Of a DNA stretch of 64,000 bases, positions 62,097-64,000 are shown piece after piece. Source of the stretch: Nitrospinaceae bacterium (GTDB lineage Bacteria > Nitrospinota > Nitrospinia > Nitrospinales > Nitrospinaceae); contig OZ245011.1 of assembly GCA_965223665.1 (NCBI GenBank), positions 352,001 through 416,000 of the forward strand, read 5' to 3'. The position numbers and the translations under genes are program-made. The notes below the pieces were generated by a model. It was given only the letters and a program-made list of their open reading frames with translations. It was not told the origin of the DNA and did no database searches. Positions within the stretch are counted from its first letter, which is position 1. Each line of letters starts with the position of its first letter.

Positions 62097-64000
62097 ATGG
62101 ACTCTTATTTTCAAAAGGGTGTAACGCTCAAAGGAGTATTACGTTCCAAGGGAGTTGTCCACATGGAAGGCGATATGGAAGGGGAAATTATATCCTCTAG
62201 TCATTTAATTGTCGGAAAAGGTGGAAACGTAAAGGGTGATATCGAATCTTATGACATTACAAATATGGGGTCTATTAAAGGAAACATAAATGCCAAAAAT
62301 AAAGTTTCCTTAATGGATGATAGTCATTTGGATGGTGATATTGCTACCTACCAATTGATTGTGGAGGAAGGTTCAAATTTTGAAGGAAAATGTAAAATGC
62401 TAGGCAAAGCTCCTTCAGAAAAAAAAACTCCAAAATCCCCAGAGAAGAAAAATGGAAAAGGAAGCGATCCTTCTTGGGAGTCTCTTCAGCAAAACCTAGA
62501 TCAGATTGGACTGCCCCAAAAGGACAGTAAAGCTGATAAAAAAGAGCCGGAAACTGCAGCTGCTCCCAAAAAGAGTTTTTTTCCAAGAATTTTGACTAAA
62601 TTAACTATGTTGGTTTTGGGAGTTGCGGTTTTGGCCATGATAGGTCTGAATTTGCCTTTTTCCCCCGATGAAGATGTCGGGGGATTTTTGAGTAAAGGAA
62701 GGGAGTTAATAAAAAATAAGCAATATGCGGATGCTGAATCTGTATTTAACGAAGGTATAAAACAAGTTCGTGATAATCCTGAGTTACATTTAGAATTGGG
62801 AAATATTTACTTACTAAAAAAAAACTTTAAGAAAGCTTTAGTTGAATTTCAAAGATCTTTAGAAATAAATCCTTCCAAAGAAATCTACCGATTAAAACTA
62901 TCAGAAGCATTATTAGGATTAGGACAACTCCAAGAGGCTGAGAAAAATCTAAATGAATTAATAGAGAAAAACTCTAATAGTTTTAATGCTTACTATGGAT
63001 TAGGGCTTTTAAAAGTTAAGGCCGGCAAAAATCAGGAAGGCATTGCAGCTTTTCAGCAAGCCTCAAAAATTGATCCGGATAATTTCAATGTTCATCAGAA
63101 GTTGTTAGAAATTTTTCGTTCCGAAAAAAACCATTTGGATTCCATTCGAGAAATGGAGGAAATGGTTCGATTAAAACCTGAAGAACCTGGGCTTAGGCTA
63201 ACTTTAGGTGAAATGTATTTTGAAAATAAAAATACTAAAAAAGCTGCAGAGCAATTTCAAAAGGTTTTAAAACTTCATCCTGAAAACCAATTGGCCCAAT
63301 TAAGGGTTGCTGATTGGTATTACGAGGGAAAGATGTATGACGATGCTTTAAAACTTTATGAAACTGCTTTGAAAAAAAATCCAGATAACCCAGATATACA
63401 GGTAAAATTAGGAAAGATTTACCTTCAAAAAAGAGATAAAGCCAATGCGGAGCTTGCCTTTCGAAAAGCGGAAAAGAGTAAAACACAAAATAGCGAAGCC
63501 TATTTTGAGCTTGGTAAAATTTTAACTTCAGATTTGAAATATGATGAGGGTCAAAAACAATTTGAAAAAGCGATTGAATTGAATCCTAACTATGGGGATG
63601 CTTATTACGAACTGGGAAAAATATGGGAAGTAAACGAAAAAATGGGAAATGCCCTCCAATATTATGAAAAGGCGGTGGAATTTGAACCTAAAAATACGGA
63701 ATACATTTTTTCTCTCGGAAAAACATATATAGAAGAGAAAAAATTTGATAATGCAGTAAAATTTTTGAAAACTGGGATTAAAATTGAACCTAATAACGGA
63801 AATTTAATTTTTCAGCTATGCAGAGCCTATCGGAAAAAAGGTTATTACACGATTGCGATCAGGCATTGTGAGAAAGCTTTAAGTATTATTCCAGAATCAG
63901 ATGCTGTAAATAATCGATTAGCATGGCTTTATGCCAAAAAGCAGAAAAAACTTGATAAAGCTTTAAAAATGGCCCGGAAGCTTGTGATCAAATACCCAGA
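62097..64000 (+). CDS. Bactofilin-domain / TM / multi-TPR fusion protein (3'-truncated, absent from the ORF track)
   Basis: Manual translation is open from ATG 62097 (GGAGA upstream) to the window end. MDSYFQKGVTLKG...HMEGDMEGEI...LIVGKGGNVKGDI...IKGNINAKNKVSL...LDGDIATYQLIVEEGSNFEGKCKM, then a TM at ~62590-62660, then TPRs. Confidence 0.85.
   Translation, partial: MDSYFQKGVTLKGVLRSKGVVHMEGDMEGEIISSSHLIVGKGGNVKGDIESYDITNMGSIKGNINAKNKVSLMDDSHLDGDIATYQLIVEEGSNFEGKCKMLGKAPSEKKTPKSPEKKNGKGSDPSWESLQQNLDQIGLPQKDSKADKKEPETAAAPKKSFFPRILTKLTMLVLGVAVLAMIGLNLPFSPDEDVGGFLSKGRELIKNKQYADAESVFNEGIKQVRDNPELHLELGNIYLLKKNFKKALVEFQRSLEINPSKEIYRLKLSEALLGLGQLQEAEKNLNELIEKNSNSFNAYYGLGLLKVKAGKNQEGIAAFQQASKIDPDNFNVHQKLLEIFRSEKNHLDSIREMEEMVRLKPEEPGLRLTLGEMYFENKNTKKAAEQFQKVLKLHPENQLAQLRVADWYYEGKMYDDALKLYETALKKNPDNPDIQVKLGKIYLQKRDKANAELAFRKAEKSKTQNSEAYFELGKILTSDLKYDEGQKQFEKAIELNPNYGDAYYELGKIWEVNEKMGNALQYYEKAVEFEPKNTEYIFSLGKTYIEEKKFDNAVKFLKTGIKIEPNNGNLIFQLCRAYRKKGYYTIAIRHCEKALSIIPESDAVNNRLAWLYAKKQKKLDKALKMARKLVIKYP

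Overview
AT-rich, gene-dense bacterial chromosome segment with about 56 CDS. I saw no rRNA, tRNA, CRISPR array, IS or prophage. Gene content (DUF5069, several TPR/LRR/FGE/Lcl proteins, a complex-I subunit cluster, a siroheme reductase) suggests a Nitrospinota (Nitrospina-like) organism, but this is inference only. Housekeeping blocks are pgi-tal-glk-argG, mrcA, yicC-gmk-hisC-mltG, gltA, rocD, ilvN-ilvC-psd-pssA-accD, nth and rph. The most notable items are unusual fusions and modules. (1) An ORF missing from the supplied track (62097 to the window end) joins a bactofilin domain, one TM helix and a long TPR array. (2) A SagB/ThcOx nitroreductase is fused to an aldo-keto-reductase domain with all four catalytic residues substituted. 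(3) A nuoE-nuoG(FdhA-like)-nuoD operon has no nuoF. (4) A siroheme reductase carries HEPN-like and TusA domains. (5) A ChdC/HemQ-like protein carries an N-terminal PCP_red domain. (6) An FGE-like / membrane SAM-enzyme / TPR cluster is present. (7) A two-repeat protein has a ~59-aa in-frame gap in its first repeat. All family calls come from recognising motifs by eye; no database searches were run.
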